Shown here: positions 46,188-63,066 of the stretch, piece by piece
Numbering within the stretch: position 1 is the stretch's first letter
How the letters are laid out: every line of letters begins with the position of its first letter
From: Ramazzottius varieornatus
Taxonomy: Eukaryota; Animalia; Tardigrada
Length of the DNA: 64,000 nucleotides
Reading direction: 5' to 3'
Assembly: GCA_001949185.1 (NCBI GenBank)
Contig: BDGG01000003.1
Span: 4,523,092-4,587,091 of the forward strand
Translations under genes and position numbers: made by a program
Notes under the pieces: model-generated
Seen by the model: the letters and a program-made list of their open reading frames with translations, nothing else
Told to the model about the DNA's origin: nothing
Database searches by the model: none

Positions 46188-46918
46188 ATGCCGTTTTGGC
46201 ATCATGCCGGTAAGAGCGAATCCGATTGTGTGGAATGTCCTGTAATAAAGAGTCAACTGGCTGATTTATTAAACGCAGTGACCGATCTTCAGTCCGAGCT
46301 GGGGCGAATGCGCCACGAACGGAATGTTTTCGGTGAATCTGATACTGCTTCCCAGATGGATATCAAAAACATTAATTTGAAGTTCTTGGAACAAAAGCAA
46401 CAGATCAACGAACTGACGGAAAAAGTCAGGCTGTACCAGGAAGCAAACCAGGTAAGCCGTTTGGCAGATGAGGCAAGACGGACGAGTCGGTCACTGTTAA
46501 ACGCATAAGCCGCGATGACGTCACGCGATGTAATGGGACAGGTGGCCGACTTAGCCGTCATGGTCGACTCATTCTTTGATAATAACTGGTTCATTTACGT
46601 GATTGTTGACTCCGTTTTCGATCATTTTAGGTTTTGTTTGAGAAATGCGCGAGTGCCAACGACTTGGAAGGTCAGATCAAGGTTCTGAAAGCACGAATAT
46701 CAGAGCTGGAGAAGACCAACTGGCATGAAGGCGTAAGCGAGAACAGAAGTAGCCATCCTGAAAGCGACGACCACCATCATCATGTAGATGGTGCCGCTGA
46801 ACCGCACATAAACCACAAACTTCCTGATCGAGAGAAGGCTTTGAAATATCTTGCACAGCATATTCAAGAACTGCCCGACTTTCTCAGAGCTAGATATACA
46901 AATTCCAGCACCTCATAG
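46188..46918 (+). CDS. Small coiled-coil protein; 2 exons
   Basis: 46188-46451 joins 46631-46918 (phase 0, GTAAG...TTTTAG); no family recognised. Confidence 0.65.
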
Positions 46919-47057
46919 ACTTCGATGGCTTGTTGGTTTTGTTGCACTTCGTTCTGGTCCGAAATTCAACTCAGTAACACTAAAGATCAGGTCTGTTAAA
47001 CATCTTGATCCGTTATTTCTTCTTGGAATAAAAAAGAAATTCTGGACATAATCTTCA

Positions 47058-50688
<3,631 letters not shown>

Positions 50689-51042
50689 CTGTTCTTATGT
50701 CGCGAGATGTCGAGAGCTGGAACGGGGTTCCTACGAGGATCCGAAAGGGACCGAAACTGCGAACAAGCATAAGTCATCAGAGCGCACCGGAAGTGGAAAC
50801 AACTGACAAGTCGATGAAGTATATAGCAAATCAACATGTCCATCTCCAATCAAGACCAGGTTTCATGACATGACGTAGTATAGTATAACATAAGCCAGTG
50901 TCATACAGATGGTGGGCTATAAGGTGCAGACACTTTCACCTGAGAGCTTTTCTCTGCTGCCACATTTTCTCCGTTTTGGGAGTCATGTCCTCCTGTTTCC
51001 GTCGAGCCCGATCCCTTTGATGCGTATTCTTCCCTGTCCAAG

Positions 51043-51807
51043 ATGTTAGGGCGTACGGGAGTCGCAGTCCTGACCTCGCCTGGCCGGATTGCATCGTCGC
51101 TGGCGCTATCATCCGCACTGCGCAACGGGAGGCTAGCACAGCTGACTGGAGCATGCTTGCAGAAGAGGGAGACGTCGAACACATCGGCGCAAAGCCCGGG
51201 GGAAGCTACCCATGGACTACATGGAACGGAAGCTGAACATGCCAAGAAGGACAAATATGAAACATGGTATGAATATCCACCTCACGTCGAAGTAACACGT
51301 CATTCACGGATGAAGATCCCTTTCTACATTGGCCAGAACCCAACGTGAGTACTAGTTCTACTTGCTTCCTTCTCGAAGTGGATACGACTGCGGCCCTGTG
51401 GACAGAGGCTCGTAGCATCCACTGCTCAGTAGTGGCCAAGATCAATATTGCTGGTGTGCAAAATTAACCAAGTCTGGCTTCCTTACAGAGCCGTCTATCG
51501 AGAACCCGACAAGAACGACTTTTGGTTCATGCGATGGCAGGCTGTTGCGATGGCCACTTTTATGTGGTCTTGGATTTTTTGGTGGTGGTTTTGGGAGCCC
51601 GGTCATGTAACGGTGAGTTGCGACGGGAGTCCCGAAAAGGCTTGATGGAAGGTGGTAGTAACTGGATGATTGCAGGGTGAATGGTTCGTGCCTGATCGAT
51701 ACCTGTGGACGGACACGGAACTAGGAATTCCTCCTCTCGAAGCTGGCCCTGCGCCCAAAGTTGTCCCCGATCATGCCACTCTGCTATCCTTGAGCACAAA
51801 GTACTGA
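51043..51807 (+). CDS. NDUFB2: NADH:ubiquinone oxidoreductase subunit B2 (AGGG); 3 exons
   Basis: Exons 51043-51344, 51489-51612, 51676-51807; mitochondrial presequence-like N-terminus; YR.P...FMWSWIFWWWFWEPGHVTGEW.VPD...WTDTELGIPP. Confidence 0.9.
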
Positions 51808-51963
51808 ATGCCACATGCAACTGCGGAGAGAAGTTCGACTTGTAGATAACGATTCATCAGGAAAGCTTATTGGAGGCATATATTCGTGTTTCATTTCATA
51901 CATGTCCGTGCGTGAAGTTGTGTTTGCTGCGAAATTACGAACTTGTACAATTAGAGATATCTT

Positions 51964-52383
51964 CTATCGAGATCGGAATACGTTGAGAACAAGAATGATG
52001 AAAAGAGGAGCCATAGTTTCTGGATGAGAATACTGGGAGGCAGCGGGGATTAAGTCCGACTCGAGTTTTTGAACAACTAAGACGTAATACACTGTCCATA
52101 ACAGAAGCTGGATAAGGGTCCATCCCGTCCTTTGGATAGCTTTCTTCACTTCGCCATTCAGTACGCTCCGAACAAGGACAATCACGGAGAAGTAGGCGTT
52201 GAAACAGTTGACCGCGAACAAAGGGATGAATATCTTCAGCCAGCTGATCTGATAATATCCTTCGACTTGCTCGACTTTTAGCACGGCCACGACGCTGAAA
52301 CAGGTGAAGGCGATCACTTGCCATAGTAGCTCAAATGGGGACAGTCCGGTCCATATCGACACTTCTTTGAGTGAGAAGAACAT
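51964..52383 (-). CDS. TMEM203: Transmembrane protein 203
   Basis: 139 aa, single exon; MFFSLKEV..WTGLSPFE, SW..IFIPLF....NAYF..IVLVR, PLFIIL. Confidence 0.9.
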   Translation of the reverse strand: MFFSLKEVSIWTGLSPFELLWQVIAFTCFSVVAVLKVEQVEGYYQISWLKIFIPLFAVNCFNAYFSVIVLVRSVLNGEVKKAIQRTGWTLIQLLLWTVYYVLVVQKLESDLIPAASQYSHPETMAPLFIILVLNVFRSR

Positions 52384-52572
52384 GATGAGAACATAAGGAA
52401 ACTAGTCAAATTACCGCGCGCTGTTCCCAAACTTCAACCGGAAGTAATTCAAGTGTGTTCGAAATTCGAAACTTGAGTTCGAACGTTGTCCACACGACCA
52501 CAGAGAACACGAGTCACTCCTACGGGGTTACAACCCGAAGGGGCGCAGTAGTAGACACTTTGACACTGCCTA

Positions 52573-52741
52573 CAGTTTACGACAAAATAAACCGTTTAAA
52601 ATGGGTGTTGGTTGGAGCCAGATGGACACAGCCAATGAAGTTTGCTCATGTAGAAAACTATAATTCTCATTGGCTAAGTTCTAAATAAGCTCTAGCTGCA
52701 GGGTTACGCCCATTTTTAACGGCTAATTTTGTCGTACACTG
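52573..52741. mobile_element. 169-bp Tc1/mariner-type MITE with TA TSD
   Basis: TA|CAGTTTACGACAAAATAAACCGTTTAAAATGGG ... CCCATTTTTAACGGCTAATTTTGTCGTACACTG|TA. Confidence 0.8.
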
Positions 52742-53018
52742 TACCATGGCTTTGGGCATTGACCTCACCGTCACGAACAAGGTGGGTTTCGACGTTAGAC
52801 CGTCACATTGATCCCTTGATTGCTATCTGACACCGTTAACGAAGACTCCACATGGAGAAAGTGGACATTCATGGATCAACATGGCGACGGGAGCAGTCTT
52901 CAACGTGAACCCGTCGTGAAACTGAATATTTACGTTTTCCTTAGAGCCTAATCTGCTCTGGTACTTTTGCAGGTAGCAGCAGTCGGGCCTCAGCTCCTTA
53001 GACCTCGAAAGCAGTATC

Positions 53019-56000
53019 ATGAAACGTCAGCGGACATCCACCAAGTTCTTCGCAGCAGAGACAAAGGCTGCGGTAGACGCAGCGTCAGCGGAAGAAGAAG
53101 AAACCCCGGAGAAGTCGGACAGTGAATTAGAGAAAAAGCTTCTCTCATCCCGCCGGAAGTCTGCAAAGAAGAAGAGCAAGCGAGCAGAGGATGATACTTC
53201 TGATTCCGACGGTCAGTCTGAGCCAGCAACACCTGCATCTTCATCTACAACGCACCTACCTACCGTCTCTTCTCCCGTCCCGTCCACTTCGTCTGCGGTC
53301 GATCTCCCCACATCCATCATGACATTTCGCGAAGTGGCCGACTACGTTAAGTCAAAGTGCTCGTCGTGGAAGTCCGACGTCGACCATGCCAAAGAAATAG
53401 CTTTGCTGTATCGTCTAGAGATAGACAACCCAATTCCAACAGTCACACGAAGTGTACAGATCCGGTTTGTCCCCCGCGAGAACAGCGCTACTTTTTTCCT
53501 CCCGCATAAGAAAATAATAGCGAATGTCTGCGTGGGGAAGAAGCAAGTGAACAATGGATTCGTCATATCGGCCATCAAGAAGTCAGAGATACGTACCGAA
53601 GACGATATCGGACAGTTACTGACACACGTCGAACTACTTTACGATAACGTTCCTAAAACTTTGCAATTGCAACCTTCAACTTCGATTCGGAGAAGTTCTT
53701 CCACACGTCTGCCTGTCCAACCAGCTCAAAGCCTTCCTTCGTTCTCCCCTCGAGGTCGTTCTGACGCTCCAAGGATTTCTAACAGATATACAAGTTCTTC
53801 CGGCGGTGTGCTGCAGTCGATTTGCGCAGACCTGCGTCGTGAAAAGTACCGCAATGAACTATTGTTCAATACGAAGAACCCTCAAGCTGGTTTCCGGCTG
53901 GATTTACGTGGTTCCGCTTCGAAGAAAGCGAGGCAGCAGGCTGGAAGAATAGCTAAAGAATCTGCAAATGGGGATGTGGATGATAGTCCAGGAGAAGGCG
54001 TGGATGATAGTCCAGGAGAAGGCGTGGCTGAAGACAACTACCTTCCGCAGGATGGAAATGAAGGACCAAGCCTACGTTCTTCAGTGACAGGTGCGGAAGG
54101 TGGTTTACTTTGTGAGCTCGACCAACCCAACTCCACAAGTTCGCTTTCCCAAGTAGCGCACGCTTTCGATCTGATTGACCAAAAGCGTACGCCACTTTGG
54201 AAACTGGACAAGATTGCTTTCCGCAGTGGCGCACGTTCTCAGTGCCGTTGGCTGAAGTTGTGCGCCGCTTGGAAAAATGGTTTTATTGTGTTGGTTTGAC
54301 GAGCTTCCGCTCGGTATCTTGGAGATGCCGTGATTAAACGAACTTATTTGCAGGCTCGGATTCCGAGACGTCGGAAGAGGAAGCCGAGCCTCAGCAGTTC
54401 TTCTGGCTGCAACCAGCAGAGAACCGCGCGAAGGTGATACCACATGAGCTGTACGTGAACGCTTGGCAGTTAAATTACCTTCAGAGAAACTATAGCCTTA
54501 AGACTAGTCAACTACGAACCATGGCTCAAGCAATCCACTACGGATGGGACTTGATCTGTCACATGCTTGGCGGACCTGCCGTAATCTGCCGAAGACTGAA
54601 GAAGGCGGTGAGCGACGAGGAGAGAACGGCAGGCGGAATGCTGGGACCTGACATTTACAAGATGGTTCTCGGTAAGCTTCTGAAACTTCTCTCAGAGTTG
54701 GACACTTTCAGCACGATCGCTTTCACGTTTGCAGAATACGACCGTCCTCTTTGTGTATACAGGAATTTCATTGGCTGGTACCGTGTTGCAGAGGCTGGTC
54801 CAACCAACAGGCAATTTTCGAAATTTCAAAATTCCAAAATTCGGATAATCGGCAGGCCATGAACGCCAAATCTCAAAAGGGAGAACTAGTCGTCTTGATT
54901 TTCTTCTGACCGCACTGATGACTACAAAATTTATCCCAGGTTCAGCTTCGATAGAAAAGACTGTCCCCAGTGCCCCAGTTTTTTCTAAGCGAATACCGTG
55001 CACGATTCTCGCACGAAGAGACGAAACACCAAATTTCCAGCGTGCTGGGGTTTTGCTGAGCGCTGGTCATTAGTGTTGCTTTGGTAAGAAGACCGAAGTA
55101 CATGCAAACAAGAAGACCCAGACCCGAAAGACCAAAAGCCAGAACTGGGAGGTGAATAAAACTGACTGATTGTATACACAAAGAGCCGCTCGTACGCAAA
55201 GTGTCAACTTAGGGTAATCTAAACATGGAGACTCGGCAAACAAGCTCGTCCATATCGTCCCCCCCCCCAGTGGCGCACTTTTCCAGCCACTAACTCCGGA
55301 AACGTGCGCCAACGTTGCAAACGTTGTCGAGTCTTCAAAGTCGCGCACGTTTCCAGTCAGTGACACTGGAAACGATCTGGTGGAGTGTGTTTGTCGAGAT
55401 ATTGCTAATCGAACCGATGTATTTTTCAGAGCACGTCCAGCACTGTTTCTTCTCGAAGAAAGAACGCGCGAAAGAAACGTTCTCTCCGGAAGACTTCACT
55501 GGAGCCATGAACAAGCGTCTTGTTGACGTTCCAGCAGCTCGTACTCTCCAGCGAGTCACGAAGAAGATAGCGAGGGAGAATGTCCGAGAACAGCCGCGAG
55601 TATCCGACAGTGACAGTGATACGGACAGCGACACCGGCAGCGCGAAACGGAAACAGATTATCGAGGATGGTCTAATGTACGATGTCCACTCCAAGAATAC
55701 ATACAAGGCACCTGGTCGAGTCCAGCTGTGTTGGAAGCACCCAGAATACTACATTGACAAGAACAAGCTTGAGGAGATACAACGTGTACATGGCTACGGA
55801 GTGAACAACCGGGAAGGCGTTAAAGGAGTGGGATGGTATGGGTGGAAAGTCATAGAGTGCCTGCTTGGAGGTGAGGAGCAGATCAGGCAGGTGCGAATGA
55901 GACTGGAGAAACGACACAGCGGAATCGTACGGATTGCTGGGAAGAGAATATTCCAGATAGTTTTAGGTGGGTTTAAAATGGAAGGCCGTCAAACGAGACG

Positions 56001-57572
56001 TACAGCATCGTTATCCCAAGTGGCGCACGTTTCCAGCTGATAAGAATGATAACGTGCGCCACTTCGGAAGACAGTCCGACCGAGTATGTCCCAGCGGTGC
56101 AAGTTGTCAGTGTTTTTGGACGGAAGCGTGCGCCACTTGGGAAAGAATCTTTTATCTCCCATTTTATCCCAAACGGTTAAGTCACGCTCTCGCATGTTGG
56201 AGCTCATGCTGTAGGCATTGCTACCAAAATAGCTTTTTGATCGGGCTTAATGTTTGCAGATCACTGCCACGAGAAATACCCGACAAATCCTCAGCTACAA
56301 TTGCAGCACTTCAAGGCCCTCTGTTCAAACCACACAAAGTACACGGCTGAGCGTGACGAACAACTAACGAACCGAAACGCCCTTGCTTCAGTTCTGTTCG
56401 TTGGGGACGTTCCAGATGCCGCGCCACCATCCACGGACCCTCCATGTCGGCCTCTGGTCAGGTTCTGGTCGACTTACCACCCGAGTCGTATCCAGCTCCA
56501 CAAAGACCATAGGTACTTCGTGGACAAGCTCGCGATCGCTGGATACCAGCGGTATTTCGGGCCAGAGTCCGCGTTAGGTGAGGTTGCGTTTACGGAGTAT
56601 ACCTACTTGGTATTCCAGTTCCTCGTCGGTGGGGAAGAACTCGTGATGGGGGAGTTCCGTGCGCATCAAGGCACGGCGATGACTTGGGTCAACAAGCAGG
56701 AAAAAGAGTTCATGAAAGCTTACTATGGTAAGTCTGAATTAGCTTTGCGTTAGAGATATTTGGAGCGTTAGAGATATTTGGACATACTCGAGAAGACTGC
56801 TTCTTCAAGTGGCGCACGTTGTCAGTGTTTCGGGCTGTAATCATGCGCCAGTTGAAGAGCGGTCTGTTCGAGTTCAATTGTTTCCCATCTGGCGCACCTA
56901 TTCAGTGTTTTTGACTAATGCGCGTGTCACTTGAAAACGATCTTGTCGAGTTGATTGGCCTTGGCTGATTCCGAATCTCATGCAGCGCATGTGGTCCAAC
57001 TGTTTCCGGCGGCGAACCTGAACGAACGGCGAGTGCGAGACTCACTGGAAAAGAGTGTCGACTCGAAGCTGAAGCTCGTTCGGAAAGGCAAGCTTCGGCT
57101 TCCCAAAGGTGTCCCCTACGCCGACGGCAAGATTCCCGAACAAGTGACGCTCCTCGACCAACAAGAATACTGGCGAACTCCAGCCGAAGACCGGACGCAG
57201 CTTCGCATAGGCCATGATGTCTACATCAACACCATGTTCCTCTGCACCACACAAGCCTCGTACGGTCCGCTGTCCAAGGACGCCGTGGGTAAGAAGTACG
57301 CCTTCGCCATTATGGAGCACATGTTAGGCGGACCGGAAGTGATAGAGAAAGCCAGGAACGATTACGTTTTCTTCCAGTCTGTCAGATCCATGACTAGAAT
57401 AGACGATGCGTTGGCTGTCATTCTCCATACAGATGAGACGTTCCATTTGACAGAGTCACTTCATCCTGATAAGTTGTTTTACTACGCCAGACACAGGGTT
57501 CAGGATAGACGGCGAAATCGTAGCGATCGAAAACAACGCTATACTCAGAAATATTCATTGCACAAGGCTTAA
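53019..57572 (+). CDS. Nuclear protein with four divergent BEN-like repeats; 5 exons (possible extra 5' exon from 52880)
   Basis: Exons 53019-54090, 54354-54671, 55430-55966, 56260-56727, 56986-57572, all phase-1 joins; repeats YGWDLICHMLGG / YGWKVIECLLGG / YTYLVFQFLVGG / YAFAIMEHMLGG. Gene model firm; BEN call is by eye. Confidence 0.75.
54114..54308. repeat. Palindromic element, double core, intronic
   Basis: gagctcgaccaac...cores at 54151 and 54224...gacgagcttcc. Confidence 0.85.
54702..55139. repeat. 438-bp truncated copy of the element at 58731-59186, inside a BEN-gene intron
   Basis: Identical by eye to 58730-59167; the shared ORF translations match; lacks TTAA and the right terminus. 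Confidence 0.9.
55982..56180. repeat. Palindromic element, double core, intronic
   Basis: Cores at 56018 and 56092 (74-bp period). Confidence 0.85.
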
Positions 57573-58730
57573 GATAGACCGAAACCAGTAAAATTATTTT
57601 CCATGTATCTAAAATTTGGTTTCATTTTTACTGTTCTCTTCTTCGTGCATCGAGGCATAGTTTTGAGCAAAATGGTTACTCTGAATTGAATATGTCAATT
57701 CTCTCGAATAAAGCTTTGCTGCAGTATTTCTTTTCCGTAATGTTGTAATAAAAGTCAACGGTATCTCGGTACTCCGGGAAAAGATCTCCAAGTGGTCCGA
57801 GCTGGACAAGGGCGACCACTTCCTTGACGTCGCTATCCACCATGGGCACCCGAATGATGCTCACTTCCAGCATCAGCCGGATTCCAGAAGACACCTTCCA
57901 ACCAAGCACAAACATGTGTTTAGATTGCAGTGGATAATCTAGTTGGGAGAAAATGTGATGGTCATAATCGTTGTCTTAAGTGGCGCACATTTTCCTTTAC
58001 AGTTGGCTGTAATCGTGCGCCAATTGAGATAACGGTATGGAACGCTGATACTGCACCGCGCAACGTGAGAGGTTCGGTCCATCGAAAGTTTCTCCCTTGT
58101 TCCAGCGCTCCCATAGTGCGTTTCCAATGGAGCCTGTCTTTGCCCACTTTGCGAAGGTAGCCATCAACTTGGTAAATTTTGATCTGACAAGAATGGGCGC
58201 TAAGAGCTCCTCGGAGAGGTTTCCTCAAGCTTTTCACCTCAACCAGCGTGACGCGAAGGAAACTATCCCGGAATTCGTGTGCAACTCGAACATGCACCAC
58301 GCACGGAGGAAGTCGTTTATTTCTGCCTTCAATTCATTTGATTAGAGTATGCAACACTCATGATGGTGATGCGAAAAGATGGCCTCTCGATTACGTTGGA
58401 TAGTTTTGGCAGTACAGATTGCACAGTTCAGGAAGCGGCATCACGTCTAGTACTTTAGATGCGACATGCTCCTCGCCAGGCTCGGTCTCCTTTTTGTCCA
58501 CCATCTTCAAACAAGAACCACAAATCGACATTGATCTCGCAGAAAAACCGACGACCAGTTAAGAACTTACAGCACTATGACACCAGGAAAACAACAAAAC
58601 CGATATTTCAAACTGATCAGAGAAAATTAGCGCAGCCAGCCAACATATTTCTGTACAAAAAGGTTGACTCCATTTAGACAGAAGAAAACTTTCCTAAGTT
58701 TCAATAGTTTTCCATTGACTATGAATTTAA

Positions 58731-59186
58731 CACTTTCAGCACGATCGCTTTCACGTTTGCAGAATACGACCGTCCTCTTTGTGTATACAGGAATTTCATT
58801 GGCTGGTACCGTGTTGCAGAGGCTGGTCCAACCAACAGGCAATTTTCGAAATTTCAAAATTCCAAAATTCGGATAATCGGCAGGCCATGAACGCCAAATC
58901 TCAAAAGGGAGAACTAGTCGTCTTGATTTTCTTCTGACCGCACTGATGACTACAAAATTTATCCCAGGTTCAGCTTCGATAGAAAAGACTGTCCCCAGTG
59001 CCCCAGTTTTTTCTAAGCGAATACCGTGCACGATTCTCGCACGAAGAGACGAAACACCAAATTTCCAGCGTGCTGGGGTTTTGCTGAGCGCTGGTCATTA
59101 GTGTTGCTTTGGTAAGAAGACCGAAGTACATGCAAACAAGAAGACCCAGACCCGAAAGACCAAAAGCTAGAGTCGTACACAGAGTG
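58731..59186. mobile_element. 456-bp non-autonomous piggyBac-like element with TTAA TSD
   Basis: TTAA|CACTTTCAGCACGAT ... GTCGTACACAGAGTG|TTAA; imperfect ~15-bp TIR. Confidence 0.7.
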
Positions 59187-59211
59187 TTAATCGGAAAGAA
59201 AACAAGAGCCT

Positions 59212-61328
59212 TCAAAAGCAAATCTGGTCGGCCAAAACCATCTTTGAAGCGGCAGTTTTCGGTCGCAAGTGCGTCGCATGAAGACTTCCGGGTCGACGAC
59301 TGGAAACGATCGTGCCAGTACCGATCGCAGTGGACGGGCATGGAGTGGACCTCGGCTGGAGATGGTGCAGAGCCTGAAAACGTCTTCTTAGACACGAGGA
59401 AGTATCCTTCTTGATTACAGGCCAACATAAACTGTAGCCAAATGAACTGCACCGGATCGCTGTCTCACGTGGCGCACATTCTCATTATTATCGGCTAAAA
59501 TCGTGCGCCAGTTGAAAACAGGTCAAAGTCTTACGTACCACTGCAAGTCGATATTTGGTTTGCCATTTTCTTAGTTCGTGTTTGCAGCTCTCGACGTCTT
59601 TCTCAATCCGGACATAACTGTCCACGGTGGGAATGAGGGAAACGTCGATTGTCTTAGCCAACTTATCATTACTCTTTTCCAGCTTATCCGCTTCCTCATT
59701 CAACGTCACTGTTTCCTCTTTCATGCAGTCAATATGGGCGTTTTTCACTTTGATCTGAGCATGCAAGTGAGGAAGGTGCTCTTGCCACTTCGACAAACCT
59801 TCCTACAACGCAAACCTTTACTGAAGCACTAACCATTAAATCAGTAACAAAGAAGCTATCCAGTTAGTTCCACCCACCGAAATTTCAACGTTCTTATGGG
59901 TGATCACATTGAACTGTTTTTTCATCTTTTCGAAGGACTTCGTGTGATTCTGCAGTTCTTCTGTGGCCATCTTGCATTTTATCTCCAGCGTGAAGAAGTC
60001 CACCTGGAAAAGATTGAAAGAATACAATAAAAGAAGATGCGGTTAAACAAGACAGTCGGCTGCAGTGCGGATAACGCCGGTTTGCCTTTGTCAGAGGCTC
60101 GAATGGTTGTTCCATGTGATTCCGTATGGCTTCCATTGTCTTCACGTTGGCTCCTCGATTCAGAGTAGCTTTTAGTCGCATGCTTTCTGTTGCGATGATC
60201 AAATGCTGCAAGAAAACGAATGACTGCCATGAATAACCAGAAGGATACGTAACACGTCCGAGCAAGGAGTTCGACAAGATGAGCGAGTCTAGATCGTAAT
60301 GTACCCGGAACCAGAGCATCATTTTTTCACTGGTAATCAACCGTCCGTGGTTAGGCTGTGGGTTTCTGGTATTGTCCAGGATCTTCCGCTCGAACTCCTC
60401 CTTCAGTTCACGGATATGATCCAAGTACATCTCGGCATCACGAACTGTACTCTGTATAGAAACAAAAGATTAAAAAAGATCGCTTTCATAAACTATAGGA
60501 CCTAAGTGAAAAAACACTTGATCAGATCATTTTGCAAGTGGCGCACGCTTTCGACCAATATCACTGAGACGTGCGCCACTTGGCAGGAAACACAACATTG
60601 CCGAGCTGGTTTACCGAGCTATGGCTGAAGTAACCGTCTAGACGGTCCAGCTATAATATCATACCTCGAACTGGTCGTGGACATCTATAAGTTCTTGCTG
60701 AATGGAGATGAAATGTCGAAAGTTAAACTGCCTTTGCTGGAGACAGACAAGGGTCTTTTGCTTCTCGGTTAGGAACAACGGCCGGTCTTTCTGGTGGTGC
60801 GGTACAAATTCTCTGGAAAAAGAAGTATTGTTAAACACATCGTAAATCGTTGTTCACAGACACTCTCCGTACACAGCTCACGCGTCATGCGCGACCCTAT
60901 CCACTTCTGACTGCGGATAGTAGGACAAGAATTTGCCCCGATGAATGGACAAGTCCCGGACAATCTTGGCCAAGTTGGGAGGTTCGTGCGCCTTGCCATG
61001 GACCATCTTGGGGAAGGCCTTCAGGTCCACAGAATAACGAACCTCATGCATGCGAATCAGGAATGCGCAAAACATGGCAGTCTCTTCCTTGGTTCGAGCC
61101 GTCTCTACCCTGTACAACGAAACAGATGACTCTACCTTCGTAGATTGCAATCAGGAAGAAAAGTAGGAAAACAACTTGCGTCAGTTTCTCGATCCGGCTT
61201 TGAAGCTCATCATCGGTCAGGTTCTCTTCCTTATCGTCGAAGCCAATGAAACGAGCACGTTTAGGTGTCTGAGATGGACTGCTAGAAATCTTCGGGTTTT
61301 CTTGTGGAGAAAGGGATGATGGGTGCAT
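59212..61328 (-). CDS. CCDC113/CCDC96-like (DUF4201) ciliary coiled-coil protein
   Basis: VDFFTLEIK, IPTVDSYVRIEK...LRKWQTKYRLA, EEFERKIL...ITSEKMM.W resemble CCDC113; multi-exon; tandem CACTTCCG motifs upstream at ~61363-61383. Confidence 0.7.
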
Positions 61329-63066
61329 CTTCGCGGGAGAGGTACACTTATAGTAGTGCCATCACTTCCGCGTCCACTTCCGGTGCCTCTTCGTAAATGC
61401 TTACTGGACTAGAATAGCGACTTTGTCACTCCGCCAAAAGGGTATACAGACTTCGTCGTCGCTGCTAGTCGGATCAGCATGTGGATCACACCTCACTTGG
61501 AGAAAAAACCAGGAGTACGCATCACCGAGGACGCGGTAGCAGAGGCTGTAGTCTCCTGCGAAACGTTCCTATGAGAACACCAAGTCCAGTATCGCTGTGG
61601 CTTCGGTGATGCATCGCGGCATGCTCGTAAAGAACTGCAATACTGGACCCCCGTACAATTTTCCCATGGACCCATGGCTTCGTACCCAAATGTTAGACAC
61701 AGAATCTGTTAAGCGTGTTCACCAGACCATTGAATTGAATTCTCTAAGTTATGAACAGGGCCTTCATTAACGGTTTCACGGGGAGTTTCACCTCCTTGCG
61801 GTTTCTGTTGTGATAGGACTATCTGCATACGAGAATGCGTCCAAAGTGTTTTTCCTCCGAATCGGTTTTTTGTAACATCAGGTTCTTTTGATCATTAAAC
61901 TGTACCATCAGTTGAATTTTCTGCCATTTGCTACCAAAATGAACGTTGTACCAATGTCGGAAAATTTGAGGGTTTAAGTTAAATTCGCGGGGCGGCACCC
62001 TAACGGGTACTGTTGCCGCCAAGGGAGGCTAAAAGGGAAGAAAACGGGAACTGCGATGATGGCAGCGCGTATCCCAAGTTCCCAACCATTGAATTACTCC
62101 CTGTGACTCAGAATACAATGCTATAGCCTTATCACCTTCTTTTGTGACCTACTTTCGCTTCTCCTCAGTCACATTCGATTCACAAGCTTTTCTCCACTAA
62201 TGTTGTAATTTGCCCAGTGAAGGGCAAAGTTCAGCAGAGGGGTTCAAACACAAACTTACGAACAAAACCAGCTTCGCAACGACAGCTCGTGCCCAAAAAT
62301 ATTAGACCACCTGAAGTGGTTTGACATGGGGTATCAAGTCGCATGCAAGGTTGTATTACTTACTAAGCTCTGCGAGCATTACGTAATAGCCTCACACTGT
62401 ATCGGCGGCAACAAGATGCAGACCAGCCAAGCCAGTCTTGGCGTTAGCAGCGTGCGATGTCTGGAGACACGCACCTGCAGCCGTCTTTACAGTAGCTTGT
62501 TTCCGACAACTCTCGCTTGATTGATTGATTAAAAGCAGCTGTGCAGTACGCTACAGAGCGTGTATGTGCGGATCAGCCCCATGGCTGCCACTTTCGAAGC
62601 TTTCAGGGATATGTACATAATTTCTCCATCATTGGGCGGATAAGCTTTTTGCCAACGAGTTCAGGTTCAGGGATGTCTGTTTGATGAAGGTAGATACGCA
62701 CTTCGAAAACTTGTTCGGGTGGTAAAACGCAAAACCTCGTTTCCTGAATAATTTGGTCTCACACCCCTTGGAGTTTGGACGCATTCTCGTATTCAGATAC
62801 CCATATACGGTTAGTTGGTATGTCATGTCACGCCCTATAACATACGATGGCATGGGTCACAGGCGGGTTGATTGATTGATTCGCGGTACCTCTAAATCTT
62901 ATCGCAAATTCGCCATACACTTTCCAGAAATGTCCAGAAAATAATCTTATTCCGGATTTTCTTCTCTTCTGGAGCTCAATTCTCCGTTTCTCGTTTCTGC
63001 TAGGTCACATTACATCCGGGATTTTTCCAAGGCTGGCCTACGGGACAGGCAAAAGAGTAACGTCGA

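Noticed and set aside
50901-51254. Minus-strand ORF as an NVL 5' exon overlapping NDUFB2
   Set aside because: I could not join it in frame to the downstream NVL exons, and the plus strand encodes a plausible mitochondrial presequence.
53977-56781. Small tandem duplications (VDDSPGEG x2 at ~53977-54024; GCGTTAGAGATATTT(T)GGA x2 at ~56747-56782)
   Set aside because: Ordinary slippage events.
61700-62900. Intergenic stretch with two (TTGA)n runs (~62517, ~62868) and a GC hairpin (~61990-62020) as a SINE or ncRNA
   Set aside because: No Pol III boxes, TSD or second copy could be identified. No tRNA or rRNA was recognised anywhere in the window.
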